In this document: positions 27,072 through 36,452 of the stretch, piece after piece
Numbering within the stretch: position 1 is the first letter of the stretch
How the letters are laid out: each line of letters begins with the position of its first letter
NCBI GenBank assembly: GCA_963700415.1
Contig: CAVOXS010000003.1
Location: forward strand, 45,256-109,255
Reading direction: 5' to 3'
From: an uncultured beta proteobacterium
Lineage (GTDB): Bacteria > Pseudomonadota > Gammaproteobacteria > Burkholderiales > Casimicrobiaceae
DNA: 64,000 nt
Position numbers and translations under genes: made by a program
The notes under the pieces: generated by a model
What the model was told of the DNA's origin: nothing
The model's input: the letters and a program-made list of their open reading frames with translations, nothing else
Database searches by the model: none

Positions 27072-27099
27072 ATTATAGACGGCCGGAGGCCAACGTCAA
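27072..27099 (-). promoter_or_regulatory. sigma70-type promoter of lexA (TTGACG-N16-TATAAT)
   Basis: Read on the minus strand: TTGACG (27099-27094), a 16-nt spacer, then TATAAT (27077-27072). Confidence 0.6.
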
Positions 27100-27272
27100 C
27101 TCCCCGGTGCACGGGCATCCGCCGCCGCGTTGACCGCCATCAACATCGGGCCACGGCGTGCTGCTAGCGATGCATTTTCACTGGGCATGGGTGATCGCAA
27201 CCGGACGGCGCCAAGCGCGAGGCTCGTCCGCCAGCCGGGCGAACACCGGAGCCGGAGCGCGAAGGTACTCCA

Positions 27273-28274
27273 ATGAACGCGACGATGCAGGCGATGGTGT
27301 GCGAAGGCGCGGGGCGGCCGCTCGCGCTGCGCACGCTGCCGCGACCCGAACCCGACCCGGGAGAGGTGCAGATTGCCGTGCGCGCCTGCGGCGTCTGCCG
27401 CACCGATCTCCATCTCGTCGACGGCGAGCTGCCGGACCCGAAGATCCCCGTCATCCCCGGCCACGAGATCGTCGGCACGATCACCGCGCACGGACCCGGC
27501 GTCACCGCCCCCGCCATCGGCTCGCGGGTCGGCGTGCCATGGCTGGGCGGCAGCTGCGGGCATTGCGGCTATTGCGCGACGGGGCGCGAGAATCTCTGCG
27601 GGGACGCGCGCTTCACCGGTTATCAACGCGATGGCGGTTATGCGGAATACGCGGTGGCCGATGCCCGCTACGTCTTGCCGCTGCCCGACCGTTACGACGA
27701 CGTTCACGCCGCGCCCCTGCTGTGCGCCGGGCTGATCGGCTATCGCGCCTACGCGCTGGCGGGCGAGGCGCGCACGCTCGGACTCTACGGCTTCGGCGCG
27801 GCGGCGCATCTGATCGCGCAGGTCGCGCTCGCGCAGGGGCGCACGGTGTTCGCCTTCACGCGCCCCGGCGACAGCCCCGCGCAGGCGTTCGCGCGGAAAG
27901 TCGGCGTGCACTGGGCCGGCGCCAGCGACGCCACGGCGCCGGCACCGCTCGACGCCGCGCTGATCTTCGCTCCGGTCGGCGCGTTGATCCCCGCCGCGCT
28001 GGCGGCGACGGCGCGTGGCGGCACCGTCGTCTGCGCCGGCATCCACATGAGCGACGTTCCGGCATTTGCCTACCGGCTGCTCTGGGGCGAGCGCTGCGTG
28101 CGTTCGGTTGCCAATCTCACCCGACGCGACGGCGAGGCGTTTCTCGCACTCGCGGCGACGATTCCCCTGTCGGTGCACGTCGAGCCCTACCCGCTCGAAC
28201 GTGCCAACGACGCGCTCGCGCAGCTGCGCGCCGGTGCCGTGGCGGGCGCCGCCGTGTTGACGCCGGACGGCTGA
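27273..28274 (+). CDS. zinc-dependent alcohol dehydrogenase family protein
   Basis: 333-aa ORF with GVCRTDLH, GHEIVG, structural zinc cysteines CGHCGYCATGRENLC, and LYGFGAAAH. Confidence 0.9.
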   Translation: MNATMQAMVCEGAGRPLALRTLPRPEPDPGEVQIAVRACGVCRTDLHLVDGELPDPKIPVIPGHEIVGTITAHGPGVTAPAIGSRVGVPWLGGSCGHCGYCATGRENLCGDARFTGYQRDGGYAEYAVADARYVLPLPDRYDDVHAAPLLCAGLIGYRAYALAGEARTLGLYGFGAAAHLIAQVALAQGRTVFAFTRPGDSPAQAFARKVGVHWAGASDATAPAPLDAALIFAPVGALIPAALAATARGGTVVCAGIHMSDVPAFAYRLLWGERCVRSVANLTRRDGEAFLALAATIPLSVHVEPYPLERANDALAQLRAGAVAGAAVLTPDG

Positions 28275-28396
28275 AGGCGTCGAATGAGGCAGATGACTCG
28301 ATTTCCACCGCCATTCGCCGCACGAGCAGGACCGCTGCAGCGGCCCGGATGACGGCGACCCGTGCGTCGTCCCACCCTCAACCCACCACAGGAGCA

Positions 28397-29068
28397 ATGA
28401 GCATGGCCACGAAGTCCGCACCGAAGTCCGCCCCCAAGCCCGCAGCCACCACCAAGCCGGCCCGCAAGAAAGCGAAACGGGCGACGAAGCGCGCCCCGAA
28501 AGCGATTCCGAAATCCGCCGCGAAGGCCCCCGATATGTTCGCGCTGCCCGATGCGACGCAGCTCGCCGAGTACGCGAAGACGCTGACGCCCGAGCAGGCG
28601 TTCGAGCTCTACCGCGCGAATGCGAAGCTCGCCCTCGATGTGATCGACGCCGCGATCGAAAGCACCGCCAAGATGCGCCGACTGCAGTTCGAGGGCGAGG
28701 AGTCCGCCCGCACGATGCAGAAGAAGGCGGCGCGCCGCGCGGCCGAAGCGGGCGACGTTCCGGCGCTGATGGCCGCCGGGCAAAGCGTATCGCAGGAAGC
28801 GATCGAGCGATCGATGGCCTACTGGGGCCAGATGTTCGACCTGATCGTGGAGATGCAGAAGCGTCTGTTCGCGCTGATGGAGAACCAGATGTCCGACGTG
28901 CCGGGCGTGAAGCAGGCCAAGGCGGCGATGGGCATGATGCCCGACATGACGCAGATGCAGAACGTCGTTTCGGCGATGCAGGGCGTGATGTCCTCGGGCG
29001 GGTCGGCGTTCGAGTCCATGCAGAAGGTGATGGGAGACTTCGCGCGGATGTCCGGAATGAAACGCTGA
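28397..29068 (+). CDS. phasin-like protein with an N-terminal Lys/Ala/Pro-rich (histone H1-like) tail
   Basis: ATG at 28397 after AGGAG. The tail reads MSMATKSAPKSAPKPAATTKPARKKAKRATKRAPKAIPKSAAKAP. A helical phasin-like body follows (LTPEQAFELYRANAKLALDVIDAAIESTAKMRRLQFE...). This is the tail of ORF 27158..29068. The family call is from pattern only. Confidence 0.6.
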   Translation: MSMATKSAPKSAPKPAATTKPARKKAKRATKRAPKAIPKSAAKAPDMFALPDATQLAEYAKTLTPEQAFELYRANAKLALDVIDAAIESTAKMRRLQFEGEESARTMQKKAARRAAEAGDVPALMAAGQSVSQEAIERSMAYWGQMFDLIVEMQKRLFALMENQMSDVPGVKQAKAAMGMMPDMTQMQNVVSAMQGVMSSGGSAFESMQKVMGDFARMSGMKR

Positions 29069-29276
29069 CAGCCCGAAAGGCTGTCGCGTGCGCGGGCGGT
29101 GAACCGCTCGCGCCGAGAACATCGGCGCCGGTCCCGCTCGCGCTCGGCGCGGGACCCGATCGAAACGGATCGGCGCGCTTGAAGACGTGGGTCAAAAACC
29201 GGCGTCCGCCGTCCGCGCGTCGCACCGCGCTGTAGTGCACGTTTCGCCGGCGCTCCGGCCCCGGATGGCAGGGTCC

Positions 29277-29408
29277 ATCCGTCGTTGATCCGTGCTGCGG
29301 CGCGCCCTCGCGCGCAAGCGGCCGAACTTCAACGCGCATCGTCGCGTCGATGCGCCAGCGAGTGGCCGAACTTCAACGTGCATCGTCGCGTTGATGCGCC
29401 AGCGCGTG
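29277..29408. repeat. 44-nt tandem repeat, two good copies plus a degenerate third, each with an internal hairpin
   Basis: Copies at 29321-29364 and 29365-29408 are 41/44 identical (gccgaacttcaacgYgcatcgtcgcgtYgatgcgccagcgMgtg). Each contains GCGCATCG-N6-CGATGCGC. There is a degenerate copy at about 29277-29320. Confidence 0.8.
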
Positions 29409-29552
29409 TCCGGTCGCACCCTCCGCCCGGTCGTAGTCTACACAGCGCCACCGCCCGGCGGACTTGCGAATCCGATGGCATGGGACTTGCAGTAGCAGTG
29501 GCACGTAGCCGCGACGGCAAGCTTCCGTCGCCCGGGCAGCGTTGCCACCATC

Positions 29553-30098
29553 ATGAAGCCATTCTTCCACATCGCGTGTTGCCACACCTGCGCCATGCCG
29601 GCCGGGCAACAGCTGTCGAGCCCGCGGCGACGCGCGCGATCCGGCGCCGATGGTCAGCGCGCAATGACGCTCGTGGAGCTGGTGCTGATCGTCGCGATCG
29701 TCGGCGTCCTGACGACACTGGCGCTGACCACCTATGGGAGCTACCGCGAGCGCGCGAAAGTCGATCAGGCGGTGAGCGACGTCATGGTGATCTCGCTGTC
29801 GATCACGGAATTCAAGAACGATTACAGCCGGCTTCCCGTCGACCTCGCCGAGATCGGCAAGAGCGCGATGGTCGATCCGTGGGGACATCCGTACCAGTAC
29901 GTCAATCACGCGACCGCCCCGCCTGGCCAGTTTCGCAAGGACAAGAACATCGTCCCGATCAACTCGGACTTCGATCTCTACAGCAAGGGCAAGGACGGCG
30001 CCAGCGCGGCGCCGCTCACGGCCGGGCACAGCCGCGACGACATCATTCGCGCCAACGACGGGGCGTTCATCGGGCTCGCCTCCGTTTACGACCCATGA
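29553..30098 (+). CDS. GspG-like pseudopilin (prepilin-type N-terminal cleavage/methylation domain)
   Basis: It has the hydrophobic N-terminus MTLVELVLIVAIVGVLTTLAL with Glu at +5, plus DPWGHPYQY and FDLYSKGKDG signatures typical of GspG. The start codon (29553 or 29595) is uncertain. Confidence 0.75.
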   Translation: MKPFFHIACCHTCAMPAGQQLSSPRRRARSGADGQRAMTLVELVLIVAIVGVLTTLALTTYGSYRERAKVDQAVSDVMVISLSITEFKNDYSRLPVDLAEIGKSAMVDPWGHPYQYVNHATAPPGQFRKDKNIVPINSDFDLYSKGKDGASAAPLTAGHSRDDIIRANDGAFIGLASVYDP

Positions 30099-32958
30099 GG
30101 ATCGAGGGCGCCTTCCTGCGCAGCCGGGTCGCGCGACGCATCGTCTGGTTCTTCGTGCTGTCGGCGCTGATTCCGATCGCCGCCACTGCGCTGCTGTCGC
30201 TCGGCCAGGTGCAGGACCTCCTGACCGACCAGGGCCACGCCCGGCTGGCCCAGACGAGCGAAGGCTACGCGGCATCGCTCTACGACCGGCTGCTCGCCGC
30301 CGAGCAGCAGGTGCGCAGTGTTTCCGCGCGCGCCGGTTCGGAGGCCGCGATGGCCGCGACGGAGCGGGAGGCGCTGCAACGGCAGTTCAGGGCCATCGCC
30401 GTCGCCGGCACGGCTGTCCGGTTCCGGCCGTTGTTCGGGAACCCTGCAGCGGTTCCCACGCCGGACGCCGAGCAGGCAGTCCATCTGGCCGAAGGCGTCG
30501 TCGTGCTGACTCAGGGAACCGGCGGCGGGGATCGGAACAGGATTTTTCTCATGTACGCGCTGAACGCGGCCCATCCGCTCGAGGCGATGATGGTCGCCGA
30601 AATCAATCCCGGCTATCTCTGGGGAGAGGCGACGGCATTGCCGGCGATGACCGGCCTGTGCGTGATCGGGGAAAGGAGTGTCCCGCTGTTCTGCTCGGAT
30701 GACGCGGGTGCGGCCGCGGCTTCGTCACTTGCGGGGCAATCGCGCGGAGCCGCGACCGGGCGCCTTGCCTTCGAGTTCGCCGGCAAGTCCTATCTCGCCG
30801 ACTACCGCGAGCTCTTTCTCAAACCCAGGTTCGGCACCCGGGCGTGGACCGTGGTCGCCACCAAGCTGGAGTCGGATGTTTTCGCGCCGGTCGCCGCGTT
30901 CAAGGCGATCTTCCTTCCGGTGACCGGCCTCGCGCTGCTGGTGGTGGCGCTGCTCTCCGTCACGCAGGTGCGGCGCACGCTGGGGCCGCTCGAAAAGCTG
31001 ATCGACGGCACGCGTCGCGCCGGCGATCGGGATTTCTCGGCGCGGGTCGACGTTGCCTCCGGCGACGAGTTCGGCGAGCTGGCCTCGTCCTTCAACTCGA
31101 TGGCGACGCGCCTCGGCAGCCAGTTCACCGCGTTGCTCACGCTCTCGGACATCGACCAGGCGATCCTGTCCCGGCTCGATCTCGATCGCGTCATCGAGAC
31201 GGTGGTCACGCGCATGCGCGACATCGTGCCGGCCGACTTCGTCAGCATCGCGATCGTCGATCGCAATGCACCGGAGATGCTGCGCATCTACACCCGCGAT
31301 CCGGGCACCGGACAACGGGCTCCAGCTCGAGCGCTGCGCCTGCTCGACCGACGACGTAAGCGTGCTGCTCGCCTATCCCGACGGACTTTGGCTCGACGGC
31401 GCCCAGGCCGTGACGCCCTATCTGGCGCCGGCGGCGAAGCTCGGCGCGAAGTCGCTGCTCGTGCTGCCGATCATCTGGCAGAACGCCGTCGTGGGGGCGG
31501 TCGTGCTGGGCTTCGCGACTGCGGCGATGCTCACCGACGAGGAGCGCGCGCGGGCGAGGAGCCTCGGCGACCGCGTCGGCGTCGCCTTCGCGACGGCGGC
31601 AAAGGACGAGCAGCTCTACTACCAGGCGAACTACGATGCGCTGACGGCGCTCCCGAACCGCCTGTACTTCAAGGATCAGCTCGCTCGCCGGTACGCGCAG
31701 GCGCAGCGGGAACCGCAGCCGTTCGCGCTGCTGTTCATCGATCTCGACAATTTCAAGACGATCAACGACAGCCTCGGCCACGCGGCGGGCGACGAGGTGC
31801 TGCGGCAGACCGCGGAACGTCTGAAGCAGTGCGTGCGGGAGACCGACACGGTGACGCGCCTCGGCGGCGACGAGTTCACGATCATCCTGTCCCAGATCCG
31901 CGCGACCCGCGATCCGGAATCGGTCGCCGAGCACGTGCTGCAGTCACTGGCGAGCCCGTTCACCATTGCCGGCAACGAGCATTTCCTGACCGCGAGCATC
32001 GGTATCGCGCTCTACCCGGAGGACGGCGGGTCGGCGGAAGACCTGCTGCGCAATGCCGACACGGCGATGTACCGGGCGAAGGAGGGTGGGCGCGGGCGGT
32101 TCGTGTACTTCGAGGAACGGATGAACGTGGCGGCAGTCGCGCGCGTCAACCTGGAGCGCGATCTGCGCCGGGCGATCGACCGCAACGAGTTCAGCCTCCG
32201 GTATCAGCCGCAGCTCGACTTGCGCACCGGGCGCGTCTCCGGGGTCGAGGCGCTGCTGCGCTGGGAGAGCCCGGACCACGGCGAGCGCCAGCCGGCCGAA
32301 TTCATCGCCCTGGCCGAAGAGACGGGGCTCATCGAGCCGATCGGCGAATGGGTGCTGCGCGAGGCGTGCCGCCAGTACGTCGCGTGGCAGGCGGCAGGGC
32401 GTCCTGCTGCCGCATCTCGCCGTCAACGTTTCGGCGCGTCAGTTCAGGCAGAAGGAATTCGTGGCGAAAGTCCGGTCAATCGTGCGGGAGACGGGAATCG
32501 CGCCGCAATGCCTCGAGCTGGAGATTACCGAAAGCCTGCTGATCGAGGCGAACGGCGGCGTCGCGGCGATGTTCGACGAAATCCATGCGCTGGGCATAAC
32601 CCTCGGTCTCGACGATTTCGGCACGGGTTACTCGTCGCTCGCCTATCTCAAGCGCTTTCCGATGCGCACCGTCAAGATCGACCGCACGTTCGTCACCGAT
32701 CTCAGCGTCGACGGTGGCGCGGGGGCCATCGCGTCCGCCATCATCGCCATGGCGCACGCGCTGCAGCGGCGGGTCGTCGCGGAAGGGGTGGAGACAGAAA
32801 GGCAGGCGGCGATTCTCGCCCGTCTCGGTTGCGATCACATCCAGGGGTATTACTACAGCCATCCGCTGACCGCGCCGATGCTCGCCGAGTTCGTTCTTCA
32901 AGCGGCGAGCGCGGGTCCCCGGCCGATGGCTTCGCGCAAGCTTGCCGCTCGGCGATAA
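30095..32958 (+). pseudogene. membrane sensor diguanylate cyclase/phosphodiesterase (2 TM, HAMP, GAF-like, GGDEF, EAL), two +1 frame breaks near 31310 and 32399
   Basis: MRIEGAFLRSRVARRIVWFFVLSALIPIAATALL...second TM FKAIFLPVTGLALLVVALL, HAMP...IYTRDPG. Then DNGLQLERC...ALPNRLYF...RLGGDEFTI...VEALLRWESP...YVAWQAAG. Then VLLPHLAVNVSARQF...ELEITES...DDFGTGYSSLAYL...KIDRTFV. The span is 2864 nt (3n+2). ATGA overlap with the pseudopilin stop. Confidence 0.85.
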
Positions 32959-32985
32959 CGACTCGCGCGGGCTCGACCGGAAGTG

Positions 32986-33076
32986 TGGTGCCCAGGGCCG
33001 GACTCGAACCGGCACGGCGCGGTGAAGCGCCCGCGGATTTTAAGTCCGCTGTGTCTACCAGTTTCACCACCCGGGC
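32986..33076 (-). tRNA. tRNA-Leu (anticodon TAA)
   Basis: The reverse complement reads GCCCGGGTGGTGAAACTGGTAGACACAGCGGACTTAAAATCCGCGGGCGCTTCACCGCGCCGTGCCGGTTCGAGTCCGGCCCTGGGCACCA. It has a 7-bp acceptor stem, a long variable arm, a GTTCGAGTC T-loop and an encoded CCA. Confidence 0.9.
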
Positions 33077-33253
33077 ATGCGTGCTCGAGCCCCGCGCCGC
33101 ACCCATGAAGCGTCGGTCGGGGCGCGGAAGAGGGCGCGCAACGCTCGCGCATGTTAACAAACTCGCTCTGGCATGGTGTTTGCTCGCTGCTCTTCTACGG
33201 GGGCCGATTTCATTCGTGGTCGCGTTCCCGACCGGATTCCGAAGCGAGGCAAA

Positions 33254-33676
33254 ATGTCGATCCACACTCCCGGCGCCAAGCGCCGCAGAAGGTACAACCT
33301 GCAACAGACCCGGCTGGTCACCGACGAGTCGGCTTCCTCGAAAACGGCGTTCGCTGACGCGCCGGCGTCGCCGGAAGCGAAATTGCGACGGCGCAACGTG
33401 CTCGAGGTCAACCGGCTGCTGTCCTCGACGATCGATTGGCTCGCGAGCCTGCCGCTGCAGGTGCGGCCGCTGGCGCTGGCGACGCAGTTTCCGCGGGTCG
33501 CCAACCGGATCGCGCAGGAGTGGAAGGAGCCGAGCGCCTGCCGCCGGGATTTCGAGGATCTTGTGTACGACAATCGCGGGAATCGCGAGGGATTCCCGCC
33601 CGACGTGCTGGTCGAGCTCCTGGCCCTCCGGGACCACTACTACGGCTACGACCTGATGCTGGCGAAGGAAGCCTGA
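33254..33676 (+). CDS. hypothetical protein (conserved-looking, no assignable function)
   Basis: ATG at 33254 after GAGG (MSIHTPGAKRRRRYNLQQ...LPLQVRPLALATQFPRVANRIAQEWKEPSACRRDFEDLVYDNRGNREGFPPDVLVELLALRDHYY). It has a high-GC third position. The start could alternatively be 33173. Confidence 0.55.
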   Translation: MSIHTPGAKRRRRYNLQQTRLVTDESASSKTAFADAPASPEAKLRRRNVLEVNRLLSSTIDWLASLPLQVRPLALATQFPRVANRIAQEWKEPSACRRDFEDLVYDNRGNREGFPPDVLVELLALRDHYYGYDLMLAKEA

Positions 33677-33688
33677 GGGCCGACGTCG

Positions 33689-34517
33689 TCACAGCGGCAG
33701 GAACACGGCGGTCGCGAGCCCCTGACTGAAGCGCCGGATCGTGCGGTTCGTGCGTTGCGCCATCACCAGGGCCAGCGTGTCCTGATACGCCACGAGCTTG
33801 CCGATCTCGCGCTCGAACGACAGATTCGGCGCGCCGGCCGAAATCTCGTTGCTGAGGAGCAGCAGCTCGCCATTGGGGCCGCGCGCGCTGGCGAGTTTCC
33901 ACGCGGCGATCTCGATGTTGCGCGCGGCGTTGTACAGGCGCTGCGCGTCCAGGCTGTCGGTCACGTAGAATTTCGCCTTGTCGTTGTACGCGCTGGCGAT
34001 CATGCTGCCAAGACCGACGCCGAACGCCAGGACGCGGTCGCCTGCGAAGTCGGGCCGGAACGCGGTCTGCAGGGCTTCGATGCCCCGCTGATTCGACAGC
34101 TCCGCAAAACGCCACTCGTAACGCGGATCGAACGCGCGCGCCACCCCGGCTTCCGGCGGTCGGCAGGGCGCTCTTGCGCAGCTCGCGCGGATTGCGCCGG
34201 TAGAGTTTTTCCATCAGCAGCTTCGCCGAAGCGATGCTTTCGTGCAGGTGCACCTCGGCGACGGAGTCGATGTCGGACTTGGCGAGGTCGCTCAGCTTGA
34301 ACGCCGCTTCGGTCGGCGGAGGCCTGCGACCGGTCGTCGGCGCCGTGGGCGGGGAGGTCGACACCGACGTGCAGGCGGCGAGCAGGCAGGCGGCGAGCGC
34401 CCACGCCGAGTGGCGCCTGCAGGCGTCGCTGGTGCCGGGTGCCCTGGCATGGCCGGGAGCCGTCACGTCAGCGATCAGGCGTGGTGCGCATTCGTCGGAC
34501 GCTAACGCATCACCCAT
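33689..34517 (-). pseudogene. putative lipoprotein of unknown function, +1 frame break near 34145
   Basis: The lipobox-like ALAACLLAACTS and ...DSVAEVHLHESIASAKLLMEKLYRRNPRELRKSALPTAG are in one frame. ARAFDPRYEWRFAELSNQRGIEALQ...RRFSQGLATAVFLPL* is in the next. The start codon is uncertain. Confidence 0.55.
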
Positions 34518-34603
34518 TGGAACGTCAATCGGGATGCGACGCGCTCATGCCGGGCCACACTCCATGGCGCAGCCGGAGGAAGATGGCCTGCCGATCCCGC
34601 CAT

Positions 34604-34930
34604 TCAATGCAATGTCGTCGTCTCGGGTTCCGAGCGCAGGCCGATGTTCAGCAGGGAAACGGTGTCGGCCACCATGACGATGCTTCCCTTGTGCCGGCTG
34701 TCGCCCGTGTCACTGTACTCGAATCCGTAGACCCGCTTCAGCCGGACACGGCCGTCGCCGTTGCGCACCGGCCGGACCGATTCCAGTGCGACGGTGTCAT
34801 CGAGAAACAGCAGTCCTTCGGCCTTGCAGGCACCACGCATCGCCGCATTGGCCGCTTCGCGCGCTTTCAGGCTGTCCCACACGAACCAGACGCCGCCCGC
34901 GAGTACCAGCAGGCCAATGAGTTCCGACAT
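34604..34930 (-). CDS. DUF3301 domain-containing small membrane-anchored protein
   Basis: 108-aa ORF: MSELIGLLVLAGGVWFVWDSLKAREAANAAMRGACKAEGLLFLDDTVALESVRPVRNGDGRVRLKRVYGFEYSDTGDSRHKG. The pattern is recalled from that family. Confidence 0.65.
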   Translation of the reverse strand: MSELIGLLVLAGGVWFVWDSLKAREAANAAMRGACKAEGLLFLDDTVALESVRPVRNGDGRVRLKRVYGFEYSDTGDSRHKGSIVMVADTVSLLNIGLRSEPETTTLH

Positions 34931-35304
34931 CGAATGAATCCCGTTTGCGCGACAGCCTCATGTGCCGATCGTGCCGACCGCCCGGCGGTGGCGGCCGAGT
35001 CTCCGCAAGGTGAAGCCTCCGGCGCCAGTTTCAAGTCGCCGTTCAGAGCAATACGAACGCCGCACCCGTCCCCGGCCATTGTGCAACATTGCCGGAATCC
35101 CTGCGCGAGGCGGCACTCAAGGTTGACTGTCGGAGATGGCGGTCGGATACGCTCCCGCTGGAACGGCAGCCCGGCCTGCGAGATCGTGCCCCGTGCCCCG
35201 TTCTGCGCCGGGACCGCGCTATCATCTCGGCATGCCCGACGACGACGCAATTGCGATCGCGTGCGGGGAAGACCGGATGCCCGCGACGAAGACCGCGTCG
35301 AAGG

Positions 35305-35868
35305 ATGGCTGACGTGAGCGCATATCCGAAGGAAAGGACGTTCGATCTGGTGCTGCTGATCGCCGTTGCCGCGATGTCGCTGCCGGCGTCAGGCGGGGAC
35401 GTCTACAAGTGTCAGGACGCTGCCGGCAAGATCGAGTTCCGCGACCGTCCTTGCGACGCCGCGCAAAAAGCGCAGAAGGTCGACGTCACGCCCAACAGCG
35501 TCGGGACGATGACGCTCGAAGAAGTGCGCGCCAAGAGCGCCGAGTTGAAGGCGAGGCAGCAGGCCCGCCAGGACGCCGAGAACGAGGCCAATGCGGACGC
35601 GTACGCTGCGCAGGAACGGGCGTGGCGGCAGGAGCGTGCACTCCAGGATGCGATCGACCTGCAGCAGGCTCTCCGCGACAGCGAGGCGAATGCCCGGCAG
35701 GACCAGTATTACGGCGGCTACTACTATGGCGGGAAACCACCGCGGCCTCCGGTGAAACCGTCGCCGCCCCCGCGGCCACCCAAGGCTTCGGCCACGTCGA
35801 CTCCACCACCGCCACCCAGGGCGCCCGCAATGCCGGCTCCACCGCCGAGGCCGCCCGGCAGCGGGTAG
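35305..35868 (+). CDS. DUF4124 domain-containing protein with a Pro-rich C-terminus
   Basis: ATG at 35305. It has a signal-like LVLLIAVAAMSLPASG, then the VYKCQDAAGKIEFRDRPC motif, a coiled-coil-like middle and a PPRPPVKPSPPPRPP tail. Confidence 0.65.
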   Translation: MADVSAYPKERTFDLVLLIAVAAMSLPASGGDVYKCQDAAGKIEFRDRPCDAAQKAQKVDVTPNSVGTMTLEEVRAKSAELKARQQARQDAENEANADAYAAQERAWRQERALQDAIDLQQALRDSEANARQDQYYGGYYYGGKPPRPPVKPSPPPRPPKASATSTPPPPPRAPAMPAPPPRPPGSG

Positions 35869-35986
35869 ACGAATGCTGTCGCGACGGCCGGCAGATTCGC
35901 GGGAAGCCTGCCGGACCAATCGCGGATGGCGGACACCTTGCGCCTGACGCGCGAACGGTCGATCATCGGTCCAGAGGGTCAGGCAG

Positions 35987-36181
35987 ATGCTCGATTCCCC
36001 GTTCGCGTACTGCAGGGTCTGTCGCGGCTATGTCCTTCTGGACCAGACGCATCGGGAGTGCATGCTGGAACACGGCTGCAAGGACGTCTCCAAATGCGAG
36101 CTGCGCGAGCTGTTCAGCGGCATTGAATTTGGTGCGAAGAAACGCGAGGCCCGGACGGATTCGGGGCCGCACCGCGATTAG
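35987..36181 (+). CDS. small Cys-rich hypothetical protein (64 aa)
   Basis: MLDSPFAYCRVCRGYVLLDQTHRECMLEHGCKDVSKCELRELF..., with CxxC plus later Cys/His residues and mostly G/C third positions. There is no recognisable family. Confidence 0.4.
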   Translation: MLDSPFAYCRVCRGYVLLDQTHRECMLEHGCKDVSKCELRELFSGIEFGAKKREARTDSGPHRD

Positions 36182-36452
36182 GCCTTGAGGCGCCAACGGC
36201 TGCCTGCCGCGTCCTGCGCCGCAGGGCCTGCGGCAGGACCGGTGTATCTCCTGTTGTCGCTGCCGCAGAGCGTCAGCCCCTGTCGCAGCCGCGCGACGCG
36301 TTTCATGCCCGGGCGTCCTCCCAATTCGTGAATCGAATGCCTGCCGGGCCGGGCCGGACCGGTCCGTTTCCGGTCGTGGTCTCCTGGCGTGGCATCTCCG
36401 CCGGTCCCCGGCTGCCGGGCGGAACTGGCATTCTTCTTGCGGCCCGGGAGGC

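Noticed and set aside
15464-29408. Whether the 78-nt palindromic units or the 44-nt tandem repeats are a CRISPR array.
   Set aside because: The units are dispersed or directly abutting, with no regular repeat-spacer periodicity. No cas genes are in the window. The units are imperfect palindromes typical of REP/MITE-like elements.
29285-30094. Upstream part of the 1085-aa ORF 29285..32542, apparently extending the GGDEF-EAL protein and overlapping the pseudopilin gene.
   Set aside because: It has an Arg-rich shadow composition and overlaps a well-supported pseudopilin gene. ATG 30095 gives a proper TM-anchored N-terminus.
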